DNA from: Parcubacteria group bacterium
GTDB lineage: Bacteria > Patescibacteriota > Minisyncoccia > Moranbacterales > UBA11712
Reading direction: 5' to 3'
NCBI GenBank assembly: GCA_041659685.1
Contig: JBAZXV010000008.1
Location: 3,332 to 67,331, forward strand
DNA length: 64,000 bases
The notes under the pieces were generated by a model. The model was not told the origin of the DNA, did not search any database, and saw only the letters and a program-made list of their open reading frames with translations. How positions within the stretch are numbered: the first letter of the stretch is position 1; each line of letters begins with the position of its first letter. This document shows, piece by piece, positions 1-12,000 of this stretch. Position numbers and translations under genes: made by a program.

Positions 1-3000
1 GATTCCAATGCTGCCGGTGCTATTCGCGAACAAAGCTTCGGTCGATCCGGCGCGGACGCGCAGAGGCGAAAGAGTCGAAGATGCCCCGGTTTGAAGATTC
101 AGAAGAGAGCCAGTGCCATTGGCTCCGTTGTCGGTCGTGAGCGAGAAAAGATCGCTGGTTCCCGTTCCTGTCGCCCAGTTGAAAGCGGAGGAATAGGTTC
201 CCATGTTGAGAGACAAGCTGGTGCCCGGCGCTGTGAGAGCCGACCAGGTGCTGGATCCGGCGCCACCGAGATTCGTCCAGCTTCCCCCGCTGTTTTTGAA
301 TTGCAACGTTCCATTGTTATCAAAGATTCCGTATCCATTTGTCCCGGTCAAAGAACCGAAATTCAAATAGTTGTTCGATCCGCGCAAAATCGCGCTGCCG
401 GTGAGATCCAGCGCCGCCAGCGGAGAAGTTGTGCCTATGCCGACATTTCCGCTTGTATAATATATATTTGAACCGTTCTGCCCCCAGAGAGAGGAAGCGC
501 CGCTGCCGCTACTAGACGAGCCGAGAACGGTTTCGTTGCCAGAACTGTCTTTGAAGGCCAAAGCTGATGCTCCATAGGCTCTCGTCGGCGGAGTGAAATT
601 TGAAGTCCAGCGGGCTGTGCCTTTGGAAACTCGAACTTCATCCATGTAGCCACTGAAGTAGGTTGGGCCGTAAACCACCCGACCAATTTCTACAGGGGCT
701 GCAAAAGTAGACCAGGTGTTGGTAGAAGCCGTGCCGCTTGCGACGCCATTAATATACTGCGTTACAACTCCTCCCGATCTTACTATAGCAATATGTGTCC
801 ATGTGGTCGCTGGAATAGTTATAGTTGAATGAAAACCAATTACGGTGCTGCCTGATATATTCAGATAAGTGTTTAATTGATTCCCAGTATCAATATATAC
901 AGAGAAATAATTACTTGTATCTACCCACTGATCTATAATTCTATCCAACACACCTGCGTTATTCCTATTTACCCACATATCAATAGTGAAATCTCCTGAC
1001 CCGTAATCCCAATCATCGCTATCAGGCACGGAAACATAGTCTCCGGTCCCGTCAAAATAAGCGCTCTTTCCTCCAAATTCCGATTTGGTCGTACTTTGGG
1101 TGGCATCGCCATTTGCCGTCACGGTTTTTGCGCTTGAAGAACTATCCGTGAAAGTTGCACCCATTCCGTCAGCGTGGAGAAGAAGCTTGGTATATGAATC
1201 ATTTCCGGCCAGTGGAGACATGGCATACAACTTCCCAAACCCGCTCGTCGCGCTCGGAGAGCTCGTTTGTTCCGCAAGACTCATCACACCGTTAACGGTC
1301 AATTTCTCATTCGGGCTGGTTGTTCCGATTCCAATGCTGCCGGTGCTATTCGCGAACAAAGCCTCGGTCGATCCGGCGCGGACTCGGAGAGGCGAAACGG
1401 TTGAGGACGCTCCGGTTTGGAGATTCAAGAGCGAGCCGGTGCCGTTCGCCGAGTTGTCAGTCGTCAAAGAGAAAAGATCGCTGGTTCCCGTTCCTGTCGC
1501 CCAGTTGAAAGCGGTGGAATAAGTTCCCATATTGAGAGACAAAGCGGTGCTCGGCGCGGTGAGGGCCGACCAAGTGCTCGATCCGGCGCCGCCGAAATTC
1601 GTCCAGGCTCCCCCGCTGTTTTTGAATTGGAGGGTTCCGGCGTTGTCGCGGAAACCGTATCCGTTTGTTCCGTCAGCCGTTCCCCAGTTGAAATAGCCGT
1701 TGGCAGCCAAGCCGATGTTGCCGATGACATCAAGCGCGTGATTGGGAGTGGCATTGCCGATACCCACGCTTCCGCCGGTGTGGTAGATGCTGCCGTCGGG
1801 GTTGGCCGTCCAGACGCCGGTTGCCGTGGAAGAAGTGGCATAGTATTTCCAGTCGGAGTTCGAAGCGAGATCCGGACCGTTGTTATAGATCGGAGCGCGG
1901 TAGATTACGCTGTTATAGGACGCGTTGCCTCCGCCGAAAAGATAGACATATCCGCCGACAACAGCTGTTTGAGAAGCATAAAGATTGGCTGGCAAAGTTG
2001 CGCCGGAACTGACCCAGCTGGTCGGGTTCGAGACTGGAGCGCGGTATATTGTGCTTATTGCACCGCTTGTATACCCCCCCAACAAATATACATAGTCTCC
2101 GATAACGGCAACCTGCGACATTCCGATACTTGCCGGCAGAGTGGCACCTGTGTTGACCCAACTGGTCGGGTTTGAAACCGGAGCGCGGTAGATGACGTTG
2201 GTAACTGGTCCGTTGAGAGTTCCGCCGAAAAGATAGACATAACCTCCAATAACCGCGACATGAGAATATGCCAGATTTCCCGGTATGGTTGACCCGGTGT
2301 TTTCCCAGGAAGTCGGGTTCGAAACTGGAGCGCGATAGATGACGTTGGTATAGGCACTGCCGTTGTGTCCGCCGAAAAGATAGACATAGTCGCCGATGAC
2401 GGCTACTTGGGAAGCTTGGAGATTGCCCGGCAAGGTTGATCCGGTGTTTGACCAAGAAGTGGGGTCGGAAACTGGAGCGCGATAGATTACGTTGGTAATT
2501 GCGCTAGCGCTAACTCCGCCAAAGAGATATACATAATCTCCGATGACCGCCACTTGGGATTGCTGGAGATTCCCCGGCAAAGTTGCTCCTGTATTCGTCC
2601 AGGAAGTCGGATTGGAAACAGGCGCTCGGTAGATAACATTCGTTGCCGCGCTTGCATTGGTTCCACCGAAAAGATAGACATAGTCTCCGATGACAGCAGT
2701 TTGGGAATGTGCCAACACACCCGGCAGAGTCGCGCCTGTATCCACCCATTCGTCTTCTTTCATCCCCGTGCTGCCGGTTCCAGAGCTCGAACCCATCGCC
2801 ATCCAAGCGCCGTTTGAGTTTCGAAATTCCATCGTCCCGTTGTTGTCGCGGATGCCGTAGCCGGAATTTCCGGCGGTCGAGCCGAAATTGAGATAGTTAT
2901 TGAGTCCGCTCAAAATGCCGCTGCCGGCAAGGTCAAGTTTCGCGAGAGGCGCGGTCGTGCCGATCCCCACGTTTCCGGAGTTATAATAGAGTGAAGAGCC

Positions 3001-6000
3001 GTTGGTTCCCCATTGAGATGAAGCGCCGCTGCTTCCTCCAGTCAAAGCGGTAATGTTTCCGTCAGAATCCTTGTAGGCAAGATGCTTTCCAACGTCAAAA
3101 GCTTGGTTTGGCGGAGTGAAATTGGATGTCCAGCGGGCAATGCCTTTGGAGACTCGAATTTCGTCTTTATAATTTGCCACATCGTCCTGATACTCGGAAC
3201 CTCTTGAATAAAATCCTCCGATTCTTATGTAATTATTAACAGTAAAACTAAAGGAAGTGGTCGACGTAGATGTTTTCACTCCGTTTATAAACCCAAAAAC
3301 ACTGCTGCCTGACCGCACGTAGGCAACGTGAACCCATTGATTCAAGGGCACGGTGCCTTCGGTTATGGTGGTCCAGGCATAGCCGCTGCCGGTTTCCGCT
3401 CGAAAATCCAGCTGATTGTTCGTGATGCCGCACGTTATTTCTTGTCTTTGGTCCAGGCCCCAGCCTTTATCACCTATACTAAATACTGTTATCCTATGAC
3501 CTACCGTCGAGGCAGTCAGATAAACCCAGGCATCCACAGTGAAATCTCCCGCACCAAAAGCAAAATCGCTGCTGTCCGCCAAGCTGAGGTAATCCCCTGT
3601 CCCGTCGAAATAGGAGCTCTTTCCGCCAAACTCTGATTGAGTCGAACTCTGAGTTGCGTTGCCGTAGGCCGTCACCGTTTTTGGAGTAGCTTCGCTGTCC
3701 GTGAAAGTAGCGCCTGTGCCGTCGGCGTGGAGCAGTAATTTTGTGTAGGAATCATTGCCGCCAATTCCACCCACTGCGTACAACTTGCCAAATCCGCTCG
3801 TGGCATCAGGCGCATTCATGGATTCCGCAATGGAAATATTTCCGTTCACGGTCAATTTCTCGTTCGGGCTGATTGTCCCCACTCCGACATTCCCGGTGTT
3901 GCCCGCGAACAAAGCTTCGGTCGAGCCGGCCCGGATTCGGAGAGGCGAAAGGGTTGAAGAGGCTCCGGTTTGGAGATTAAGAAGCGAGCCGGTGCCGTTG
4001 GCGGAGTTGTCGGTGGTGAGCGAGAAGAGATCGCTCGATCCCGTTCCGGTTGTCCAGTTGAAAGCGGAAGAATAGGTTCCCATATTGAGAGACAAGTTGG
4101 TGGAAGGCGCGGTGAGAGCCGACCAAGAAGAGGAACCGGCGCCGGCGCCAAGATTCGTCCAGATTCCCCCGCTGTTTTTGAATTGCAATGTTCCGGCGTT
4201 ATCTCGGAAACCATATCCGTTCGTTCCGTCAGCCGTTCCCCAGTTGAAATAGCCGTTGGCGGAGAGGCCGAAGTTGCCGGTGATGTCGAGAGCATGATTG
4301 GGAGCATTGTTTCCGATGCCGACGTTCCCGCCGGTGTAGTAGATACTGCCGTTCGTGTTGGCCGTCCAGATTCCTGCCGCAGAAGAAGTTGCATATTTCC
4401 AAGAGGCGTTCGAGGCTAGGGACGGACCGCCATTGAGAATAGGAGTACGGTAAATAGTGCCGATTCCGACACTGCCATTATTTCCTCCAAAAAGATAAGC
4501 GTAATTTCCGACAGCCGCGACTTGAGAAAGATACAAATTGCTCGGCAGAGTTTTGCCTGTATTGGTCCACGTCGTCGGGCTAGAAACAGAGGCGCTATAC
4601 ATGACATTAGTATAGACACTGCTACCAAGATATCCACCCAGTTGATATATTTTATCGCCGACAATCATAGCTTGTGAATAACTGAGAGTGCCCGGTATAC
4701 TTGATCCCGTGCTGGCCCAAGAAGTCGGGTTGGAAACAGGGGCCCGATAGATAGTGGCGGTTCCATAGCCCCCGAACAAATAGACATAATCCCCAATAAC
4801 TGCAAGCTGAGACCAGGTCAGGTTCGTCGGCAAAGTCGAACCCGTGTTTGCCCAAGAAGTCGGATTGGAAAGCGGAGCGCGGTAAATAACATTGGTATTG
4901 CCGCCACCGTTATATCCCCCAAATAAATATATGTAATCTCCGATAATTGCGACTTGCGAACCATCCAAGTTTCCTGGCAAAGTCGAACCCGTGTTTGCCC
5001 AAGAAGTCGGGTTGGAAAGCGGAGCGCGATAGATAACATTGGTTGTTGTGCCAGCAATATTTCCCCCGAACAGATAGACATAATCTCCGATAATTGCGAC
5101 TTGCGAATATCCCAAATTACCCGGCAAAGTCGAACCCGTGTTTGTCCAGGACGTCGGACTGGAAACAGGAGCCCGATAGATGATATTTGAATTATATCCC
5201 CCGAACAGATAGACATAATCGCCAATGACCGCGGTTTGAGAGCCATATAGAGCGGCTGGCAAAGTCGAACCTGAATCCGCCCATCCGTCTTCTTGCATGG
5301 ACATACTAGTCGTTCCGCCGCCGCCTGATCCTATTGCTACCCAAGCGCCGCTTTGGTTTTTGTATTCCATTGTTCCGTTGTTGTCGCGCAGACCGTATCC
5401 GGAAGTTCCGGCGGTCGAGCCGAAGTTCAAATAGTTGTTGAGCCCGCTCAAGATTCCACTGCCGGCAAGGTCAAGTTTCGCGAGCGGTGCGGTCGTGCCA
5501 ATTCCCACGTTGCCGGAGGTATAGTAGGCGCTGGTGCCGTTCTGGCCCCAGAGGGAAGATGCGCCGCTGCCGGATGCTCCGGCCAAAACTGTTTCCGTGC
5601 CTAAACTGTCTTTATACGCCAGAACACCGCCGCTGCCATAAGCTCTCGTTGGAGGAGTGAAAGCGGAGGTCCAGCGGGCGATGCCTTTGGAAATTCGATA
5701 TTCATCCATATAGCCATTGAAGGAAGTGCCGCCGTTCCAATCAGCTCCGATATATAAACCACTCGCCGACATATCAAATGTGGCGCTTGTCGCCCAGTCG
5801 GAACCTTTTTGAGCTCCGTCACGGAAAACTTTCACGACTCCGTTTGTCCTGACGACCGCCGCGTGATACCAAACACCGGTGGAAAGAGAATCGGAAAAAG
5901 CATGATTAGCAGCTCCATCATATAAATTCCAGCCATTGGAAGCATCATACATTATTCTTAGGGAGGGATTCGGCAGGCTGCCGGCTGAGGTAAGGAAAAA

Positions 6001-9000
6001 ATTATTAGTTGTGCTGTTCAGTCTGAACCAAAAATCCACTGTGAAATCCCCGTCCCAAGTCCAATCGGTACTGTCAGTCGTCGACAAATAGCCGCTGCTG
6101 AAGCTGGCGCTTTCTCCTCCGAACTTGTATTGAGTTGTGCTTTGGGTAGCCGTTCCTGCCGCCGATACAGTTTTTCCGCTTGAGGAGCTGTCCGTGAAAG
6201 TCGCGCCCGTCCCGTCAGCATGAAGAAGGAGCTTGGTGTACGAATCGTTTCCCGAAAGCGGAACCGCATAGAGCTTTCCAAATCCGCTCGTCACGTCGGG
6301 GGCGGCCGCAGATTCCGCGAGACTCATTGCGCCGTTCACGGTGAGTTTTTCATTGGGAGCGGTCGTCCCGATGCCGACGTTGCCGGAATTATTTATGTAT
6401 AAAGCCTCCGTGGACCCTGCCCGGACTCGAAGGGGAGAAAGACTTGAAGACGCTCCGGTCTGGACGTTGAGGAGTGAACCGGTGCCGTCGGCCAGATTGT
6501 CGGTGGTGAGCGAGAAGAGATCGCTCGTTCCCGTTCCGGTCGTCCAGTTGAGATTGGTGGAATAATCTCCCATGCCAAGATAGGAGTTGGTGGAGGGATC
6601 GGTGAGGACCGACCAGGAAAGAGTGCTGGTTCCGGATCCGATGTCCTCCCAATTGCCCGAGCTGTTTTTGAATTGCAAAGTTCCGGCGTTGTCGCGCAGG
6701 CCATATCCGGTTCCGCCATCAGTCGCGCCAAAGTTGAGATAGGCGCTCGTCGAAAGTCCCAGGTTGCCGGCGATGTCAAATGTATGGTTTGGAATTGTCG
6801 TTCCGATGCCCACGGAGCCGGTGGTGAAATATATATTGTTCCCGTTGTTTGTCCACTGGCTGGCGCTCGCGGTCGGAATGTTGGTCCAGGACCCGCCGCT
6901 GTTTTTGATCTGGAGCGTTCCGTTGTTGTCAAAGATTCCGTAGCCTGATGATCCGGAGGTTGAGCCGAAGTTGAGATATCTGCTCGATCCGGAGAGAATC
7001 GCGTTGCCAACGACGCTAAGTGCCGCAGCCGGAGAGGTCGTCCCGATTCCCACGTTGCCGCCGGTGTAGTAGAGCGAAGAGCTATTGGTGCCCCAAGGCG
7101 AAGTCAGTCCGCTAGCGCCGCCGGTTGATCCTAAAATAGTTTCCGTGCCCGAACTGTCTTTGAACGCCAAACTGGTTCCACTTCCATAGGCTCTTGTCGG
7201 CGGAGTAAAGGCAGAGGTCCAACGGGCGGTGCCTTTTGAAATGCGCACTTCGTCCATATAGCCGTTCAGATAGTTTCCCGCATAATCACCCAGTTTTCCA
7301 ATCCCTAAATTAGTTGACACGAAATTCTTTAGTGCGCTTGCGCCTATATTTGTAGTGCTTCCTGAACCAACTTCGCTTGTTCCATTTATAAAAAGATATA
7401 ATGTGCTACCCGATCTGACTCCTGAAATATGGTACCAGGTATTGGCCGATACGGTCGTTGTAGATTTTACATAACGGAGTATATTTCCTGTATCTTTTGT
7501 GGAAAAAACTATATTATTTGAAGAATCCAAATAAAAATGCCACTCATGATCATTGCCTGCCGAGTTAAGGTCTCCGATAAAATATTGATATGATCCTACC
7601 ACGCTTACTCTAGCCCAAAAATCAACCGTAAAGTCTCCCGAGCCGAAATTAAAATCGGCTGTGGCAGGTGTCGTCACTCCGCCGGTTCCGTCGAAATAGG
7701 CGCTTTTTCCGCCAAATTCATATTGGGTTGAGGATTGGGTTGAATTTCCACCGGCTGTCATCGCGTGCGCGGAAGCCGAACTGTCAGTGAAAGTGGTTCC
7801 GGATCCATCGGCGTGAAGAAGAAGGGTTGTATAGGAATCATTGCCTGTCATGGCCATGGCATACAATTTCCCATATCCGCTCGTCGCACTTGGAGAACTC
7901 GCTTGCTCCGCGAGACTCATCACGCCGTTGACGGTCAATTTTTCATTGGGAGTGGTCGTCCCGATGCCGACGTTGTCCGAAACGCTGGAGAGATAGACGT
8001 TTGAACCCGCGTCCGTCCAGCCGCCGCCGACCGCGCCGAAAGTCGCCCAATCCCCGCCCGAGTTTTTGTATTCAATCGTTCCTCCGTTGTCCCGCAAGCC
8101 ATATCCATTTGTTCCGGTCAAAGAACCAAAATTCAAATAATTATTCGAGCCGCGCAAAATGAGGCCTCCGGTCATGTCGAGCGCCGCGAGCGGAGAAGTC
8201 GTGCCTATGCCAATATTTCCGCTTGTATAATATAAATTAGTGCCATTCTGGCCCCAGAGATTGGAAAAGCTACTTCCCCCGCCACTTCCGCCCAGTTCAT
8301 ATTCCGTGCCTCCGGCGGTTTTGTAAAAGAGTCCGGTGGTGTTGTAGGCCTGTGTCGGCGGAGTGAAAGCGGAAGTCCAACGAGCGGTGCCTTTCGAGAC
8401 GCGGAGCTCGTCGATATAGCCGGCAAAATAGTAGTGATTACTGCTGTAATCATTCATTCCAATGGTTAAGGGCTGCGCAGCATCGTTTATTGTCGCAGAA
8501 GAAGTTCCACTTCCTCTTTCCACTCCATCCACATACAGCTTGAAAGATGTTCCGTTTCTCACCCATGCAACATGATGCCAATTACTATTGGAAAGAACGT
8601 TGCTCGATGTTATGCCCACTGTTACTGATGTTCCATCTGTCCAAAAATTTGCAAACGCATGTCCTGTCGCATCCGCACCCACGACCCACCTCGTCAATGA
8701 TGCGGAGCCATAGTTGGATTGAGCGACGAATTCTTGTTCGGTTCCTGTCGCGAAATTGCTTGAGTATGCCCAAAAGTCAACGGTGAAATCCCCCGATCCA
8801 AAAGTCCAATCGTTGCTGTCCGCAACGCTCAAGGAGTCTCCGCTACCGTCAAAATAGGCCGACTTACCGCCAAATTCGGACTGAGTTGCGGATTGAATTG
8901 CATCACCGTTGGCGGTAATTGTCTTGGGAGTCGATTCACTATCTGTAAAAGAATTTCCAGTTCCATCGGCATGAAGAAGAAATTTGGTGTATGTATCGTT

Positions 9001-12000
9001 GCCTCCGGATTGTGTTGCATACAATTTCCCAAACCCGCTGGTCGCGCTTGGAGAACTCGCTTGCTCGGCGAGACTCATCACGCCGTTCACTGTCAGTTTC
9101 TCATTGGGGCTGATTGTTCCAATGCCGACGCTGCCGGAAGAATTCACATACAAAGCCTCAGTCGATCCGCCGCGGACGCGGAGGGGCGAAACAGTCGAGG
9201 ACGCTCCGGTTTGGAGATTCAAGAGCGAACCGGTGCCATTGGCTGAATTGTCGGTCGTGAGCGAAAAGAGGTCGCTGGTTCCGGTTCCCGTCGCCCAGTT
9301 GAAGACGGTCGTGAAAGCGCTCATCGGAAGAGACAGATTGGTGGATGGATCGGTGAGAGTCGACCAAGAAGCTGCGGTGCTGCTGGTACTACTTCCGCTG
9401 CCAATGTTGGTCCAGGTTCCGCCGGAAGCTTTGTATTGGAGGATTCCGGCGTTGTCGCGGATGCCATATCCGGAAGAACCGATGGTTGTGCCGAAGTTGA
9501 GATAGGCGCTCGCCGCAAGACCCAGGTTGCCGCTTGAATCAAAAACTATCTCCGGATCCCCTGTGCCGTTCACATTGAAGCCGAGCGTGTTGGCGGTGGT
9601 GTTGTAGCTCAAAGTATATTCGTCGCTTGTCGAAGATCCGATATGGAGCGTAGCCGGTCCAAGAAAGAGATCGCTCCAGCGATGGGTGTCGTCGCCGAGA
9701 TTATAGGTATCGTCAACTGAGGGAAAGATGTCTCCCGCGACGGTAAGTTTGGCGGAAGGACTTGTTGTCCCGATTCCGACGTTGCCGTTCATTGTTACGT
9801 CACCGTTAGACCTGATTGTCATTCTTTCGCTTCCATTGAGCGTCGTGTCATTCGCCGCGGTAAAAAATCCTATCTCCGTCGCCGCATTTTCCATATTAAA
9901 ACTTGCGCCTGCTCCGCCAATCCAAACCTTATTGTTAGTGCCGTCAGAACGCCCCTGAATCAATGCGACTGGCTCCTCTGCGTCGGTTTTATGAGCCATC
10001 GCGATAAAAGCATCTTTTTGCGCATTGCCGCCACTGGCATAATCAGAAAGTTTGAGAGTCACCACATTGTCACTTCCGACAATATCCAGCTTCGCCCCCG
10101 GATTCGTCGTCCCTATCCCGACGTTGCCTTGATTTGTAACGACAAATTTTTCCGACCACAGTCCACTGCCATGATTTGTATAAACCGAAAATCTTCCCGT
10201 ATAAGTGCCTGTCGCGCTTCCCGATGACTGCAATATGATATTAGAACTATCATCCGATAATGTTGGTCTGGCATTGAGGATAATTTGAGCTGTAGTTGGA
10301 TTATATACAGTCAATCCTCCGCCATTTACAAAAGCTGACCCTGCCACTTCTAGCTTCGCTCCCGGGCTCGTCGTCCCGATGCCGACGTTTCCTTGCTTTA
10401 TATACAAACTATTAGCCACCGCTCCTGAACCTGTCATCACCAAAACATCATTGGTTCCGCCTGCCCGAATCACAGTGTCTCCCGAGCTTCTGATTGTCAT
10501 GGCCGCGCTGGTATTGTCTCCGATATACACATTGTTCCCGCTGGAAAAATAAGCCAGCTGTCTTGCTGTCCCGCCGCTATCTTTTGCGGTCAAAGCCTGT
10601 TCATTATCAAGCAATATACTTCCACCCGAAACTGTCAGTTTCGCCCCCGGACTCGTCGTTCCGATGCCGACGTTGCCCGCTTTCAGTACCAGCGTATTTG
10701 CCACGGCCGAAGGTTGATAAATGGTCATGACTTGGGCAGCGTTTACTTTGAAAAGCATATTTCCGTTTGATTTGTCACCGGCTTCCAAAATAAGCGACCC
10801 CACATTAGCATGTTCATTCCCATACAGATAGATCGTCGCGCCTCTCGTGTTTCCGGCCACTCCTCCGCCAGTTATTGTCAAAACATCGCTGTCCGAAGCG
10901 TCAACTGTGGCAGTACTGATGGTCGAATTTGCTCCGAAAGACAATTTGGAAGTCGGATTCGTCGTCCCGATCCCGACGTTGCCCGCTGATGTTATTCTCA
11001 TCCACTCATTTGCTCCTGTGTTTATGCTTCCATTCGTTGCAAAAGTTATTGGATTAGCACTGTTTGTCAAGATGGAAAGTCCCGCTTCGGCTGAAATAAA
11101 ACCGCTATTAGCTCCTGCATAATAAGTATTCGTTGAAGCATACGTTCCGAGTTGGTTGTAATATGAAGAATTGTAAACCGCGATAGAATTTCTAGTATCA
11201 CTACTTGCTACAAATTTTGCCATTGTAGCACTTGTTGGAGCTCCATAAACATGCAATAGCATTCCCGGCGCGGTCGTTCCAATGCCAACGTTGCCGCCGT
11301 CGGCTACCGTCATGTATGATTCCCACACGCCGTTGTTATCTACATGCCCAAACTGAACATTTCGATCTGTCGCAGAACTCGAATTTCCCCTGATGCGGAT
11401 TGCACCGCTGTTTGTATCGCCCATTATGAATCTCTCCGTGAGTTCAGAAGAGAAAACCAAATTTCCTCGCAGACTTTCGTTTCCCACGACAACAAGTTTC
11501 GAACCGGGACTAGTTGTCCCAATCCCGACATTGCCGTTTGTGTCCCAGATTCCCGACCCGGGGAAATATGTGTTCGCCGAGAAAGTCTGCGCGCCGGTCC
11601 AAGTATTGGCGTGTCCGAGATTCAAAGACGCGACCACATCTCCGATCGTCGGCGAGATGGTGAGCGTCCCGTCGGAATTTGTGACCGAAGAAACTCCGAC
11701 GCTCGCTACCGATGTCCAACTGGCGAGTCCATTCGCGTCCGAGGTCAAAACTTTGTTGAGACCCGGAGTTCCGCCGGTGATTTTCACTTGCCCCGCAACT
11801 TCGAGTTTCGAGCCAGGTGTAGTGGTGCCGATTCCAATGTTGTCACTCTTTAAATATAACGTGTTGGCTGCGTTCCCCTGCTCCACAGTCATTACGACTT
11901 TTCCTCCTTGATTATCATAGAGTTTAAAACTTCCATCATTAGCTGTAATGCCTTGTCCAATTGACCAACCGTCTGACCCATCAACTTTGCCAAAAAACAA

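Larger units (their letters stand above)
572..8998 (-). repeat. Five LamG/concanavalin-like jellyroll modules within the giant ORF (approx. 8343-8998, 7184-7838, 5636-6247, 3097-3754, 572-1200)
   Basis: Each begins approximately YTKLLLHADG..FTDS..EFGGKSAYFDG..GDFTVDFW and ends DExRxSKGxARWTSxFTPP. The central parts are divergent. Confidence 0.8.

Noticed and set aside
1880-5290. Regular ~147-bp repeats as a possible CRISPR array
   Set aside because: Units are in-frame Kelch blades with synonymous variation. There is no constant repeat/unique spacer pattern and no cas genes.
572-8998. Diversity-generating retroelement acting on the LamG domains
   Set aside because: No reverse transcriptase in the window and no template/variable repeat pair differing only at adenines was seen.
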